Of a stretch of 64,000 nucleotides of DNA, positions 40,142 through 54,430 are shown in pieces; position 1 is the first letter of the stretch; each line of letters begins with the position of its first letter. The position numbers were made by a program, and so were the translations under genes. The DNA is taken from contig OZ024757.1 of assembly GCA_964016885.1 (NCBI GenBank), forward strand, positions 31,558,001 through 31,622,000, given 5' to 3'. Source of the DNA: Eledone cirrhosa. Taxonomy: Eukaryota. Under the pieces are notes generated by a model that saw only the letters and a list, made by a program, of their open reading frames with translations, was not told the origin of the DNA and ran no database searches.

Positions 40142-40458
40142 GTAAGAATGTGTATGTGTCTCTGTCTGTGTGTGTGTATGTGTGTCACTATGCCGCGACA
40201 TACATACGTGTCTGTATGAGTGTGTGTGTGTGTAAGTTACAAATGTTTCAGCAAATGTGTATGTGTGTATGTAATTTCCATTGACATTACGCAATTCACA
40301 GGACGAAATGAAAAATTTGAAATTTAAAAAAAACACAAAACAATACAAGCTTGAACCCTATTGGTAGGGGACCCGCCAGGAACTGCCCTTGGGTCTATGA
40401 TGCAAAACTTCCCGTCAGTACCCATTTCAGTTCATGTTTGAATGTTATAAATACTATT

Positions 40459-40487
<29 letters not shown>

Positions 40488-40492
<5 letters not shown>

Positions 40493-40625
40493 GTTTCTAC
40501 TTTTGGCACAAGGCCAGTAATTACCCAGTGCATTACTGGTACTTTATTTTATCGACCCCGTAAGGATGAAAGGCAAAGTTAACCTCGGCGGGATTTGAAC
40601 TCAGAACGTAAAGGGCCATAACTCT
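40488..40625 (-). mobile_element. tRNA-derived SINE, 5' truncated
   Basis: Family core and B box. Confidence 0.85.
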
Positions 40626-40802
40626 TGACCACACTCTACAACCCCAAATACCGAGTACTCTGTAATGAATGGTCTAACAGGTTTTTACTGCATCCAGTTT
40701 TAAACTAGTAAGACCATTATTTAGTAGAGTACTCGATACTTGGAAATTTGCTGTCGAAACCCCAAGAGCTCAGCCTTCGGGCCCTGACGCTCTACTATAT
40801 AA

Positions 40803-41008
40803 CCCTTTAGCATTTAAACCGGCCATATCCGGCCAGAATTCTCTCACCTCTTTCTGTTCAAACTGGCTGTAACCTGTTGCTCATACTTATGTTAAGGTAT
40901 TGTTCTCAAAATAAATATCAAAATCTCATAGATTCGATATTATGTGAGATAAAGTGTTTAACTATGAAAATACAATAGTAAATATAGAGTAATGTAAATG
41001 CTAAAGGG
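40803..41008. mobile_element. piggyBac-like MITE
   Basis: 14-bp TIR ccctttagcattta/taaatgctaaaggg. Confidence 0.8.
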
Positions 41009-42120
41009 ATATATATATATATATATATATAAAGTAGCGCACACGACAAAGACAACGGGGGAAGAAAAACAGGGGCAGCCTTTTTTCTTTAGTCAACTAT
41101 TGGAAATTCATATAGTTTCGGTGCATATACATACATGTACAGACAAACACACAGACAGACAATCTGATTCTGGCCAAGAATGTTCCCTCATAAGACATCG
41201 GTAGGTCAACCAAGGGTTATATATAGAAGAGGGCATGGAGATGAAAATACCAAGCAATAACATGAACTAGTAATAGTTTTTTTTTTTTTTTGGCAGGGCA
41301 GAAGAGAGGGATCTAGTGTGAGTGTGTGTGTGTGTGTATATATATATATAATAATAATAAATTTGAAGACTAAAATCCAAAGAGGGCTCGATAAGGATAA
41401 ATATATATCAAATATATAAGAACCGTAGAGCAAATATTTATTAAAATAACAGATTAAAGTTTAAGCAAAGAATCGCTGCTTTCACCCTTAACGGGATCTT
41501 CTGATATATATATACAAAAAGTTATGAAACGAAAGGAGCTGTGTGATTACTAAAAACAAGGTTTAGGATGGTGGTTAGGACGGAACAGGAGGAGAAAGGA
41601 AGAAAGGAGTTTCCATCGTCAGCTGAAAATGTTTCCCCGGACGGATGTTTCGGCACTGAATATATTTAATTAACAATAGTATTAGGTATGTCACTATCTT
41701 TCTTATACATCAAATATTGTATTTTATCTGATGTAATCAAACTTCAATTTGGTATCCTTCATATAAGTATAATAAGATAAATATGATGGTATAGTGATAT
41801 TTTCCATTTATTACTATTGTTAATAATATAATACACCAGATAAAGTTTAATTGTAGAGTGCTTTATATCTGTTATGAACATAATACTGTTGAATACTCAT
41901 CAACAAAGCATATAACTTATTGTTAATCCCGCCGAGGTTAACTTTGCCTTTCATCCTTACGGGGTCGATAAAATAAAGTACTAGTAATGTACTGGGTAAT
42001 TGCTGGCCTTGTGCCAAAAGTAGAAACAGTTATATATATATATATATATATATAAACTTTATCTGGAGTATTATATGAAGTTCACATGAAGATATGTCAC
42101 TATCTTTACAACAATTATTA

Positions 42121-42181
42121 TATTTTATCTGACGAAAGCTTACTTAAATATTAGTACCCTTGAAATACGTATAATAAAATA
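42121..42181 (+). ncRNA. Minimal type I hammerhead (family B)
   Basis: tattttat-CTGACGA-aag..ctt-GAAA-tacgta-TA-ataaaata, with a palindromic stem-loop III ATACGTAT. Confidence 0.75.
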
Positions 42182-42334
42182 AATATGGTTTTATAAAGAT
42201 ATTTTCCATTTATTAATATTAATGATACTCCGAAAAAACTCCGTTGAGTGCTTCTAATCTGCTGTAAATTAAATTTGTTGAATAATCAACAAACCAAATA
42301 ACTCATTGTTTTTATATATATATATATATATATA

Positions 42335-42482
42335 GGAAAACAGTCAGGACCCCGATGGCAGAGCTCAAGCCGTCGAAACGGCTTGAGCTCCAACTCTTTT
42401 CCTATTACCCACTCTACTACCCAAAGTATCGAGTACTCTGGTGCGTTATGGTCCACCTGGTTCCTTAGCACACTTCCTTCGT

Positions 42483-42483
<1 letters not shown>
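42335..42483 (+). mobile_element. Family C element with a fold-back head
   Basis: 'gagctcaagccgtcgaaacggcttgagctc' hairpin followed by the family tail. Confidence 0.75.
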
Positions 42484-42580
<97 letters not shown>

Positions 42581-42581
42581 C

Positions 42582-42630
<49 letters not shown>

Positions 42631-43955
42631 TGTGTGTGCGTGCCTTGATGGCAATCAATCAGTGTTTACCTGGAATATGTACACACATTTACGACAGCAC
42701 GCGCATCACCTTCTGCTTGACACGCGTAGTGCGTGTGCGTGTGTGTGCGCGTGTGTGTGTATGTATGTCCGGACTGAGACGAGGTAACCGTGCGCACACA
42801 CACATATATATTCATATACACGTATGTATGTGTGTGTGTGTGTGTATATATATATGTGTGTGTGTGTGTGAGTCTTGGGTTCAATCGGGGGTAACCACAG
42901 TAAAAAATGTACTCAATGAAACGGTCCTAATTCTGTAAAAGCCATTTCTATATTATATAAATATATATATGTGTGTGTGTGTGCGCGTGTGTGTTAGAAA
43001 GTCGGAGCCCGACGGCTGAGCTCATGCCGATATGGCAGCTAATTCCAGACTATATCCAAAATATCGAGTATTCTCGCGAATAGTTTCGAACTGGTAAAAA
43101 CCTGATATATATATAATATATACATATATATATATAAATATATACATATATATATATAATATACATATATATATAATATATACATATATATATAATATAT
43201 ACATATATATATATAATATATACATATATATATATAATATATACATATATATATATAATATATACATATATATATATAATATATACATATATATATATAA
43301 TATATACATATATATATATAATATATACATATATATATAATATATACATATATATATATAATATATACATATATATATATATATAATATATACATATATA
43401 TATATAATATATACATATATATATATATAATATATACATATATATATATAATATATACATATATATAATATATACATATATATATAATATATACATATAT
43501 ATATAATATATACATGCTGTATATGCATGGGTGTATCTGTATATAATATAAAAAATGTATATATGTGTGTATTTCTGTCCACACACACACACACATCTGT
43601 GTATTTATGTGTGTATATCTATATATACACACATCAATGCATATATATAAGCCTGTATCTATGTGTATACACAGACGATTAATTAAAGTACAAATGATAA
43701 ACTATAAGATTACAGAAAAGGAAATATTTCCCAAAAATTTGACCCTTATCCTGTTGCCTTAGTTACAAGTAAATAATTTGCTTATATTTATATATATGTA
43801 TATATATATATCCACACTGCGGTTTTGTGACGCGCACACACACGTTATATATATATATATATATAGTTGTTTAGGGATATATCAAAGAAAATAATAGAAA
43901 AAAGGGATATTTTGGATTCTTGGGGTCTCTGTGCTTAAAAGCTTAGCAGTTAAAT

Positions 43956-43987
<32 letters not shown>

Positions 43988-43993
43988 GATCCG

Positions 43994-44027
<34 letters not shown>

Positions 44028-44158
44028 TCGTTTAACGTCCATCTTCCACGCTAGCATGGGTTAGACGGTTTTGTTCGGGCGAGAGAGAGCGAAGGAAAGT
44101 TAATTATATATGGAATACCGTCACCGACGGGCATATTGGTCACCAATAATTTTCAGTA

Positions 44159-44195
<37 letters not shown>

Positions 44196-44198
<3 letters not shown>

Positions 44199-44394
44199 TA
44201 TCCCGGGTTCAATCGGGGGTAACCACAGTAAGTCAGGTACTCAATACAAAGTAGAGTATAAATATTTGATAGAGAAAAGGCTGCTACGGGACTAGAACTG
44301 TTTCATTCGGGAGAAATCCTGATATGATTTCCTGATGGGGTTCCTGATGATTTCTCCTGAATGAAACAGTTCTAGTCCTGTAGAAGCCTTTTCT
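44196..44394. mobile_element. Family A element with a plus-strand hammerhead at 44337-44388
   Basis: ttc-CTGATGA-tttc..gaat-GAAA-cag..ctg-TA-gaa. Confidence 0.7.
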
Positions 44395-44862
44395 CTCTCT
44401 CTCTCTATATATATATATATGTGTGTGTGTGTGAGTGAAATGGAATTGAATTTTGCCGCGCACAACTATGCAGGTTTAGTTTGACTTCCGTGGTTATATC
44501 TCATGTGTATCTTGACTATTTTAATAATAGAGCTCCCCAGCTTCTATCATGAAAAGCAACGTGAAATGAAGCTCATTATCTCCTCCCCCGACGCACACAC
44601 ACACACCAAAGAAACAACAACAACAACAACAACACACACACACACACAATATGTGCCGCTCAGTCAGAAAGGAAGCAACGTTCTTATATGATCGTATGGC
44701 CAACACTCTAACCACTAGACCTCGTGTCCTCACAATGGCCGTATAGCCTCATATATAAGTCCATTGAATCTTACGTAAAGAATAGTATGTCATACGTAAC
44801 ACTCTGTTGATTGCTCACACACACAGATCTACAGATATATATATATATATATATAACTACAG

Positions 44863-44911
<49 letters not shown>

Positions 44912-45014
44912 AAAGTTCTATTTAAATTGTTGGGATACAACAAGCAAATATTTTTTATAACTGATATAAAGCACTCAACAAGTATTTGGAGTAAACATAT
45001 TCTGTTCTATATTA

Positions 45015-45079
45015 TATTTTGTCTGATGAAAGCACACCATAATTTAACTTGGTGTCCTTGAAATATGTATAATGAAATA
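45015..45079 (+). ncRNA. Type I hammerhead (family B)
   Basis: tattttgt-CTGATGA-aagcacacca..tggtgtcctt-GAAA-tatgta-TA-atgaaata. Confidence 0.7.
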
Positions 45080-45179
45080 AATATGGTTTTATAAATATAG
45101 TTTCCATTTGTTAATATCGTGTGTATATATATATATCCGATATTTGCATTGCTTTATTGTGCTACAATAAAACTCACCT

Positions 45180-45235
<56 letters not shown>

Positions 45236-45410
45236 AGGTGAGTTTTATTGTAGCACAATAAAGCAATGCAAATATCGGATAAGTAGCACTCTACAGTTTG
45301 TAGGACTGGAGTATAAATAATATAAGATCAAAAGATGGTTAAATGAGTTCCATGCATAATAAAATACTTGGAACTCTTTTAACCATATATTATATATATA
45401 GATATATATA

Positions 45411-45603
45411 AAACAAAGGAATTGTGGTAAGGAACCAGATGGACCATAACGCACCAGAGTACTCAATACTTAGGGTAGTAGAGTGGGAAATGGGAAAAAG
45501 TATGACCCCGACGGCAGAGCTCAAGCCGTTTCGACGGCTATTTCTGGACTGAAATAGCCGTCGAATCGGCTTGAGTTCTGCCGTCGGGGGTCATACTTTT
45601 TCC
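45411..45603. mobile_element. Family C element with a terminal palindrome
   Basis: Arms surround the loop 'tggact' near 45545. Confidence 0.8.
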
Positions 45604-46004
45604 TATATATATATAACTGAGCGATCATAGCCGGCATATATATATGTATATGCGCCGACTATGTTAACACACAAATACACACGTAAATACATTTGTAAAT
45701 ATATATGTATATACATATATTATATTGTGTATATATACATTTATATTATACATATTTTTATATCATATATACATTTATATTATATCATATATATATTTAT
45801 ATTATACATATATATGCTGAAGTTATGTGTATTGTATACAACAATACCAAACTATAGAAAATAGATTTTAAAGACGAACAAGAATTGTTTAATGAAGTTA
45901 GTGTCACCCCTTACACACATTCCACGTGTATTGTCTCTCTCTGTCTGTCTGTCTGTCTGTCTGTCTGTATGTATGTATGTATGTATGTCTGTCTGTCTGT
46001 CTGT

Positions 46005-46045
<41 letters not shown>

Positions 46046-47731
46046 ATATATATGTGTGTGTGAGAGAGAGAAAGAAGAGGGGCTACATGTGTTTACTAAC
46101 ACCGACATTGCGCTTTAGGGAAAATAACCAACTTGATAATTTTGCAACATATTCTCAAGTTTTCTACGACAGCGTGTATAAAAATAACCACACCATACTA
46201 TGTGTGTATATATATATATATATATATAGGAGACATCGTACTATGAATTGAGTATATATATATATATTTTTATACACGCTGTCGATATAAACTCAATTCA
46301 TAGTACGATGTCTCTACAGTTATATATACATATATTGATCTTATGTATATTAAAAGGTCTACTATGTATATATCATATCATATCATTTCATTTTACATCC
46401 GCTTTTTCCCTGTTTGCAAGGGTGGGACGGGAACTGATTCTGGCTTGATTTCTACAGCTGGATGCCCTTCCTAACACCAACCTCACACATAAATATATAT
46501 ACATTGTGTGTGTGTGTGTGTATAAGTATATATGTGACTGTGAATACATATGTTAGTGTCTCTGTGTATATATATATATATGTGTGTGTGTGTATACATA
46601 TGTTTATATATAGAAGAATGTGATTTCACTAAAGATAAAAGAGTAAAAACTCCCGGTAAAAAACGAAGCTGTCCTTGTGGTTTCGGTTCTGTCTGTTTTA
46701 CACCTTCCTTACTTCTCCTTATTAATGTCCTTGAAGGAAACCTATGAATGACAGGACCAAAATCTTAGTTTTTCATACCCTACTCTCACTCTCGCTCACC
46801 CTGCGAAAGATTTAAGATCTATATGTTTGTGTACGTGTGTGTATGTATGTATGTTTGTGTGTCTGTCTGTGTGTTCATATGTATGTTTACGTGTGTGTGT
46901 GTTTGTGTACGTGTGTGTATGTATGTGTGTTCGTATGTATATATATATGTGTACGTGTGTATGTATGTATGTATGTTTATGTACGTGTGTGTATGTATGT
47001 TTGTGTGTGTGTTCGTATGTATATGTATGTTTACGTGTGTGTATGTATGTTTTTGTGTACGTGTGTGTGTGTGTTCATATGTATATATATGTGTGTGTGT
47101 ATGCATATTTGTGTGTGTGTTCGTAAGTATATATGAGTATGTTTACCTATGTATAAGTATGTTTGTATGTATACATGTATTTGTGTATATATATATGTTG
47201 AAGTGCATCTGAGCACTGTATACAATTTCATTATCACTATATGTGTATATATGGTTGTGTGTATATATATATACATACATGTGTGTGTGTGTCTGTGTGT
47301 ATGTTGTATGTTTTGTGCACCTGAGCACTACATAATAATTTCATCATCATTATATGGATATGTATGTTTGTGTTTATATGTATGTGTATATATATATATC
47401 GATCAGCACATCGAATTGAATTGAAGAAGAAAGAAAGGAAGACAATTCAATGTCAATCACCTCTATGAACCCTCTTACACTTTGGATGACTGCGGTCATG
47501 CTGGAGCATTCATTGCCTGACAGCAATATATTTTGTCGACTCATTCAGTGACCCAAAGTACACAGTTGTGTTTGTTTGTTTTTATTGTTTTGCCTAACAA
47601 TGGTACTTATTTTGTCGCATTCTTTTTGTCGAACTGCTAGGTTACGGGGCATAAACATCGACACACTAAAATATATGTCATTAATCTATTACGTGTTCTA
47701 GCCGACAGACTAAGGCTATGCCGGGGCACCA

Positions 47732-47793
<62 letters not shown>

Positions 47794-48398
47794 ACAAAGC
47801 TTCTCTTTGCCAAAACGTGCGTAGAATGAAAAAAAGATGTGTTAAATACTTAAAAAGCCTTCGTTTTTTCCCCTTTATACATACATAAGCATATATATAT
47901 ATATATATATAAATATATACACACATATATATAGACACAAATACACACACACACACACATATATATATATATGTATGTATGTATATATAGATTACGTGTT
48001 AAGTTCATATACGCCACTTTACGCTTCAGGGAAGCGTATGAACTTCACAACTTCACATCACATATTCAAGTTTTATGAGAACGTGTAGAAAAATAACCAC
48101 ACCATACTCTATATATATATATACACACACGTATATATATATGTGTGTACATTGATTTAATATAGTGTATTGTCTCAATATTGTACACACACGTATATAT
48201 ATATATATATATATAGTATAAATTATATATTTATATAGTATTAATTATATATATATAGAGAGAGAGAGAAGTTTACGAAATGGAAATGCAGGTATATAGA
48301 ATTTATTAGGTAACAATTGTTTCTATAGTGTATGGGTTACCTATACCTCGCTATTTGAATAATATACAAATATCATAAACCGAAGGTACACTGTAAGC

Positions 48399-48437
<39 letters not shown>

Positions 48438-48554
48438 CTGAGTTCAAATCCCGTCGGGGTTAACATTGATTGCCTTTCATCGTTTTGGGGTCGATAAATA
48501 AAGTACCAGTAATACACTGGATCATTTGCTGCCTTGTGCCAAAAGTAGAAACAA

Positions 48555-48617
<63 letters not shown>

Positions 48618-48637
48618 GATATATATACATATATAAT

Positions 48638-48670
<33 letters not shown>

Positions 48671-49158
48671 ACAATGATTTAATATACTGTGTTGTCTCAA
48701 CATTAGTCAATCTAGAAACTATAGTAGAAAGTACTAACTAGCTGATGGTGCCATTCACTGTAGTGTGTATGTACAGTGTATTACATAATAAATATAGAAG
48801 TGATAAAGGAAGTGACACAGACACACACATGCGCGCGTGTGTGTATGTGTGTGTGTGTGTGTGTGTGTGTATTGAAGTGGTGCTTTTGTGTATATGAAAC
48901 ATCCACTGACGAGTGACGAGTATTAAATACATGTGAACTATTTTAGGTGAAAAATTTATCAAATTTATATATATATTTTTTATGAAGAGATCGAAACGAA
49001 ATATGATAAGTGACTTCGAAGTTTCAGTTATTGTTTCATTATGTAGGTAAATAGTTTATAGAAATACATGTACGTATGTGTGTATATGGATACACATACA
49101 CACACACACAAAATGTTACACAATAGAAAATAAATGATAAAATGAGGCACACACACAT

Positions 49159-49209
<51 letters not shown>

Positions 49210-49303
49210 TTATATAAATGTATACTCACTATACAAATATATCTATATATGTGTATATGTATATACTTACATACAATATTACACAATAGAAAATGTGATA
49301 AAA

Positions 49304-49339
<36 letters not shown>

Positions 49340-49351
49340 CACAAATACACT

Positions 49352-49382
<31 letters not shown>

Positions 49383-49514
49383 CATGTGGTGTGTGTATGT
49401 TTGTATGTGTATATGTATTAACACAGTTACTCAATAATAGAACAACAATGTGATAAAATGACACAATGACACATATATAATACATTTAATATATATATAT
49501 ATATGTTAACCCCT

Positions 49515-49580
49515 CTGTCTGATGAACGAACCAGACGTATTTTTATATTGTCTAGGGTCCTGAAACCTTTGGTAATGGAT
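49515..49580 (+). ncRNA. Possible hammerhead
   Basis: tctgt-CTGATGA-..agac..gtct..-GAAA-cc-ttt-gg-TA-atgga. The stems are weak. Confidence 0.4.
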
Positions 49581-49958
49581 TAGTTATATATTGTGTCAAA
49601 TTAAATATATACATATATATATAATACATACACAATGTTACACAATATTAGAAAAATACGTGATAAAATGATACAGATTATACAAAAAAATATATACACA
49701 AATATACACAATTTACACACAGACTATATATATATATATACAATGTTACACACAAATATATATATATATATATATATATAAAACGAAGAAAGTGTGGTAA
49801 GGAACCAGGTGGACCAAAACGCACTCTGACACTTTTCCTATATATATATACATATATATATACATATATATATATACATATATATAATACACATACATAC
49901 ATATATAACAGCAAAACAAAAGGTTTTAAAAGAATGTGTAAAAAAAAAAATCACTTAC

Positions 49959-50033
49959 TAAGCCCTTCCAAGCTTGCTTCTTTGCCCATTCTGTTCATAT
50001 CATCTACGAAATCAGTGAGGGACGGTCGTTCAA
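49959..50033 (-). CDS. Candidate 75-nt host exon (ERPSLTDFVDDMNRMGKEASLEGL)
   Basis: tttctaag| acceptor, consensus |gtaagt donor, open frame, length a multiple of 3. Protein not recognised. Confidence 0.5.
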
Positions 50034-50269
50034 CTTAGAAATAGTTTTATATGGATTTTGTATAGTTGTTGTTGTTATTGTTATGGTTGTTGTGGTGAAA
50101 CTGGGAGTGTGTCAGGGAGGGGGTGCTTGGAAACGAAGTAATTTTTTTTGTTGTTGTTTGGTGGGGTGGGAGGGGTAATTTGGTTTTGTTGTGATCGTAC
50201 TAATAAATCACTTTTTATATATATATATATTATATATATTATATATGTATATATACATGTGTGTGTATG

Positions 50270-50301
<32 letters not shown>

Positions 50302-51544
50302 AATATGTGTGTGTTCAAGTTGAGTTGAAAATGGTAAACACCGTGGAACTCCTCTCTTCTTTTTTTTTTTCCTTCTTCTTTTCTTTCACTTCTTCATTCT
50401 CCGAGTGTTAATTTCATGTATGTATATAATATATATATACACACATATAAATATGTGTTATACATGCGATGACAATTTATATGTATACATCAACATTGAT
50501 GTATACATATATTTGTGTATATATATATATATATATTTGTATGTATATATATTGATATATATATATATACACACAAATATATATACTGTCCCTCGGTTTA
50601 TATGGTATAAAGTGTCGCTTGTTTGTTTACAATATATATATATATATATATATATTATTTATACATATATATATATATATAAATCTATCTATCTGTATAT
50701 GTGTATATGTATGTATGTGTTCTTGTTTTTAATATAAAATATTTTTGAAATAATAATAATAATAATAATAATAAAAATTTCTTAGTTTTGTTTGATGTGC
50801 ATGTGAGAGGGGGGTGTTGATTGATATAACTATCTACACATATATATATATATATATATATAATGTGTATATATATATATATAAAAAATAAAAACTTAAA
50901 GAAAAGTACTTCTTTTCTTTCTTTCTTTCCTTCTTTCTTTCCTTTTCTTTCTTTTTCTTTCCCCCTCCTGGTCTGGCCGTCTGACCTGACCGCGAGAAAT
51001 GTAGACACTGAATGAAAAGCTGGGGTGTCGGCAGCACGACAGTATGTCGGTGAGGGGGAGGAAGAGGAGGAAGGGGAGTGATAGCTGGCTGGTGTGTGTG
51101 TATGTATGTATGTATGTATGTATATGGGTGGGAGTAAGAGCGAGCGAGAGAGACAAAGAGAGACAAACAGAGAGAGAGAGAGAGACAGAGAGAGAGAAAG
51201 AACGAACGAGAGTGATCTGATGAAAAGTAGAGCAGGCGTAGAAGGAGGAAGAGGAGGAGGAGGAGAATGACGGCAATAGGCGATGATGGCGGCGGTGGAG
51301 GAGGAATGGAGGCAATAGGCGATGGTGGCGGCGGAGGAGGAGGAATGTAGGCGATGGTGGCGACGGAGGGAGGAAGTGGTGAAGATGAATGTGGAGCTTG
51401 CGGAGGTGGAGGAAACTGAGTGAGTGAGAGGAAGAGGTAATAGATAAGAGTTGAGCGCGAAAACGAGGAAGAGTGGGAGGGAGAGAAAGATAGACAGATA
51501 GACAGAGATAGATAGAGTAATAGAAAGATGGATAGAGATAGATA

Positions 51545-52025
51545 GATATAATAGGATAGAAAAGAGAGATTTGCACGGAGAGAAAGAGGGGGGAGATAGA
51601 AGAAGGATAGATAGAGAGATAGATAGTTATAATAGGATAGAAAAGAGAGATAGTTAGTTATAATAGGATAGAAGAGAGAGAGAGAAGGGGGAGATAGAAG
51701 GATAGATAGAGAGATAGTTATAATAGGATAGAAAAGAGAGAGGGGGGGGGGATAGAAGATAGAGAGATAGTTATAATAGGATAGAAAAGAGAGAGGGGGG
51801 GATAGAAGATAGAGAGATAGTTATAATAGGATAGAAAAGAGAGAGGGAGGGATTGAAGATAGAGAGATAGTTATAATAGGATAGAAAAGAGAGAGAGAGG
51901 GGGGATTGAAGATAGAGAGATAGTTATAATAGGATAGAAAAGAGAGAGGGGGGATTGAAGATAGAGAGATAGTTATAATAGGATAGAAAAGAGAGAGGGG
52001 GGGGGAGATACAAGAAGGATAGATA
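51545..52025. repeat. ~45-bp purine-rich minisatellite
   Basis: Unit 'gatagttataataggatagaaaagagagaggggg'. Confidence 0.85.
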
Positions 52026-52177
52026 GCTAGAGAGATGAAAGTGTTGGGAAGAGAGTGGTGGTGGTGAGGGAATAGAAGAGAGGTGTAATAGAGGTAAGCA
52101 AGGGGCGTAAGTCAAAACAGCAACAGCAGAGAGGGGTGGTGGTACGGGGGAGTGTGTGAGTGTGTATATATATTAAA

Positions 52178-52230
52178 ATGTTGTCTGATGAGGACGTACT
52201 GTTGTACATCCGAAATATGTATAATAAAAT
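52178..52230 (+). ncRNA. Type I hammerhead (family B variant)
   Basis: ttgt-CTGATGA-ggacgtac..gtacatcc-GAAA-tatgta-TA-ataa. Confidence 0.7.
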
Positions 52231-52283
52231 GTAATTGATCAAAAGAACATCTATTTTATTAATACTTATATTTTAATATTAAT

Positions 52284-52470
52284 AACTGTTTCTACTTTTG
52301 GCACAAGGCCAGCAATAACCCAGTGCATTACTGGTACTTTATTTTATCGACCCCGTAAGGATGAAAGGCAAAGTTAACCTCGGCGGGATTTGAACTCAGA
52401 CCATAAAGGGAGGACGTAACTCTTTGCTGCAAAGCATGGCGTCAGACGCTCTACCGATACTGCCAATCCA
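52284..52470 (-). mobile_element. Near full-length tRNA-derived SINE
   Basis: A and B boxes plus core. Confidence 0.9.
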
Positions 52471-52770
52471 AATATTAATAACTCCAGAAAATTATTTTTT
52501 TACCGTTGAGTGCTTCCAATCTACTGTAAAACTCATTCTTTGACATAATTATTGAATATTGTTTAACAATTTAATATATATATATATATGTATATAGATA
52601 TATAACTATCTATGACTTTCTCTCTCTGTATGTATGTATATACATCCGCATGTATAGACAGTCGATCGACTTTCGTCAAATCGGACCGAGGAAACGATGT
52701 TTCCATAGTCTTTCCAGTTGCTAGTACTATCTATCGGTCGCAACTCCAGGTAGAAATCCGCATGTGTATG

Positions 52771-52837
<67 letters not shown>

Positions 52838-53396
52838 GAGAGGTATAGAGATTGCTATATATGTGTGTGTGTGTCTTTCTCTCCCTTGCTGTATATATGT
52901 GCGTATGTGTATGTATGTATGTGTGTGTGTGTGTGTATATGTTTGTGTGTATGTACGTATGTTTATATGTATGTATGTCTTTCTCTCCCTTTCTGTATAT
53001 ATGTGCGTATGTGTATGTATGTATGTGCGTTTGTGTATATGTATGTATGTGTGTTTATATGTATGTATCTGTGTATATGTGTGTCTTTCTCTCCCCTTCT
53101 GTATATATGTGCGTATGTGTATGTATGTATGTGTGTGTGTGTATATATGTGTTTGTGTATATGTACGTATGTGTGTTTATATGTATGTTTGTATGTGTGT
53201 ATATATGTATATATATGTGTGTGTGTTTCTATGTATATATATGTGTGTGTGTTTCTATGTAAACAATAGAGCAAGAATTCAACACGTTAAACAGAATTTA
53301 TTATAAAAAAATAGGTGACAATGAATTCCAAGTTCGCCAAATCTGCATCTCACAAAATACATATATACACACATACACACACACATATATACATAT

Positions 53397-53448
<52 letters not shown>

Positions 53449-54239
53449 TAAACACACACACACATATATACACACGCACATATATACATCTAAACACACA
53501 CACACACCACACACACGTGTATACACACATACACACGCACATATGTACATATAAACACACACACATACTTTGCCTTTCATCCTTACGGGGTCGATGAAAT
53601 AAAGTACCAGTAATGCACTGAGTTATTGCTGGCCTTGTGCCAAAAGTAGAAACAATTATACATATAATCATATACACATACAAACACACACACATACACA
53701 TATAAATAAACATAAACACACTCGCACACACACACACAAACACTCACACATACACACACACACACACTCAGACATGCACACACACAAACAAACAATATAA
53801 CGAGAAGCGAGAAGAATTTAAAAGATATATAAAGAATTTAACTTCCTTCTTTCTCTGTGTGTGTGTGTGAGACTTCCTTTCTGTGTGTGTGTGTGTGAGA
53901 CTTTCTTTCTGTGTGTGTGTGTGAGACTTTCTTTCTCTGTGTGTGTGTGTGGTGTGAGACTACCTTTCTGTGTGTGTGTGTGAGACTTTCTGTGTGTGTG
54001 TGTGTGACTTTCTTTCTGTGTGTGTGTGAGACTTTCTTCTGTGTGTGTGTGTGAGACTTTCTTTCTCTGTGTGTGTGTGTGTGTGAGACTACCTTTCTGT
54101 GTGTGTGTGTGTGTGACTTTCTTTCTGTGTGTGTGTGTGACTTTTCTTTCTGTGTGTGTGTGTGTGACTTTCTGTGTGTGTGTGACTTTCTGTGTGTCTG
54201 TGTATGTCTTTCTTTCTGCGTGTGTGTGAGACTTTACTT

Positions 54240-54273
<34 letters not shown>

Positions 54274-54430
54274 TGTGTGACTTTCTGTGTGTCTGTGCCT
54301 ATGTATGTCTTTCTTCGTGTGTGTGTGACTTTGTTTCTGTGTGTGTGACTTTCTTTCTGTGTGTCTGGCTTACTGTCTGTGTCTTTGTGTCTTTCTTTGA
54401 GTGTGTGTGTGACTTTGTGTGTGACTTTTG

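Noticed and set aside
41721-41782. Family B hammerhead position
   Set aside because: The core has decayed (CTGATGT, no GAAA), so it was not counted.
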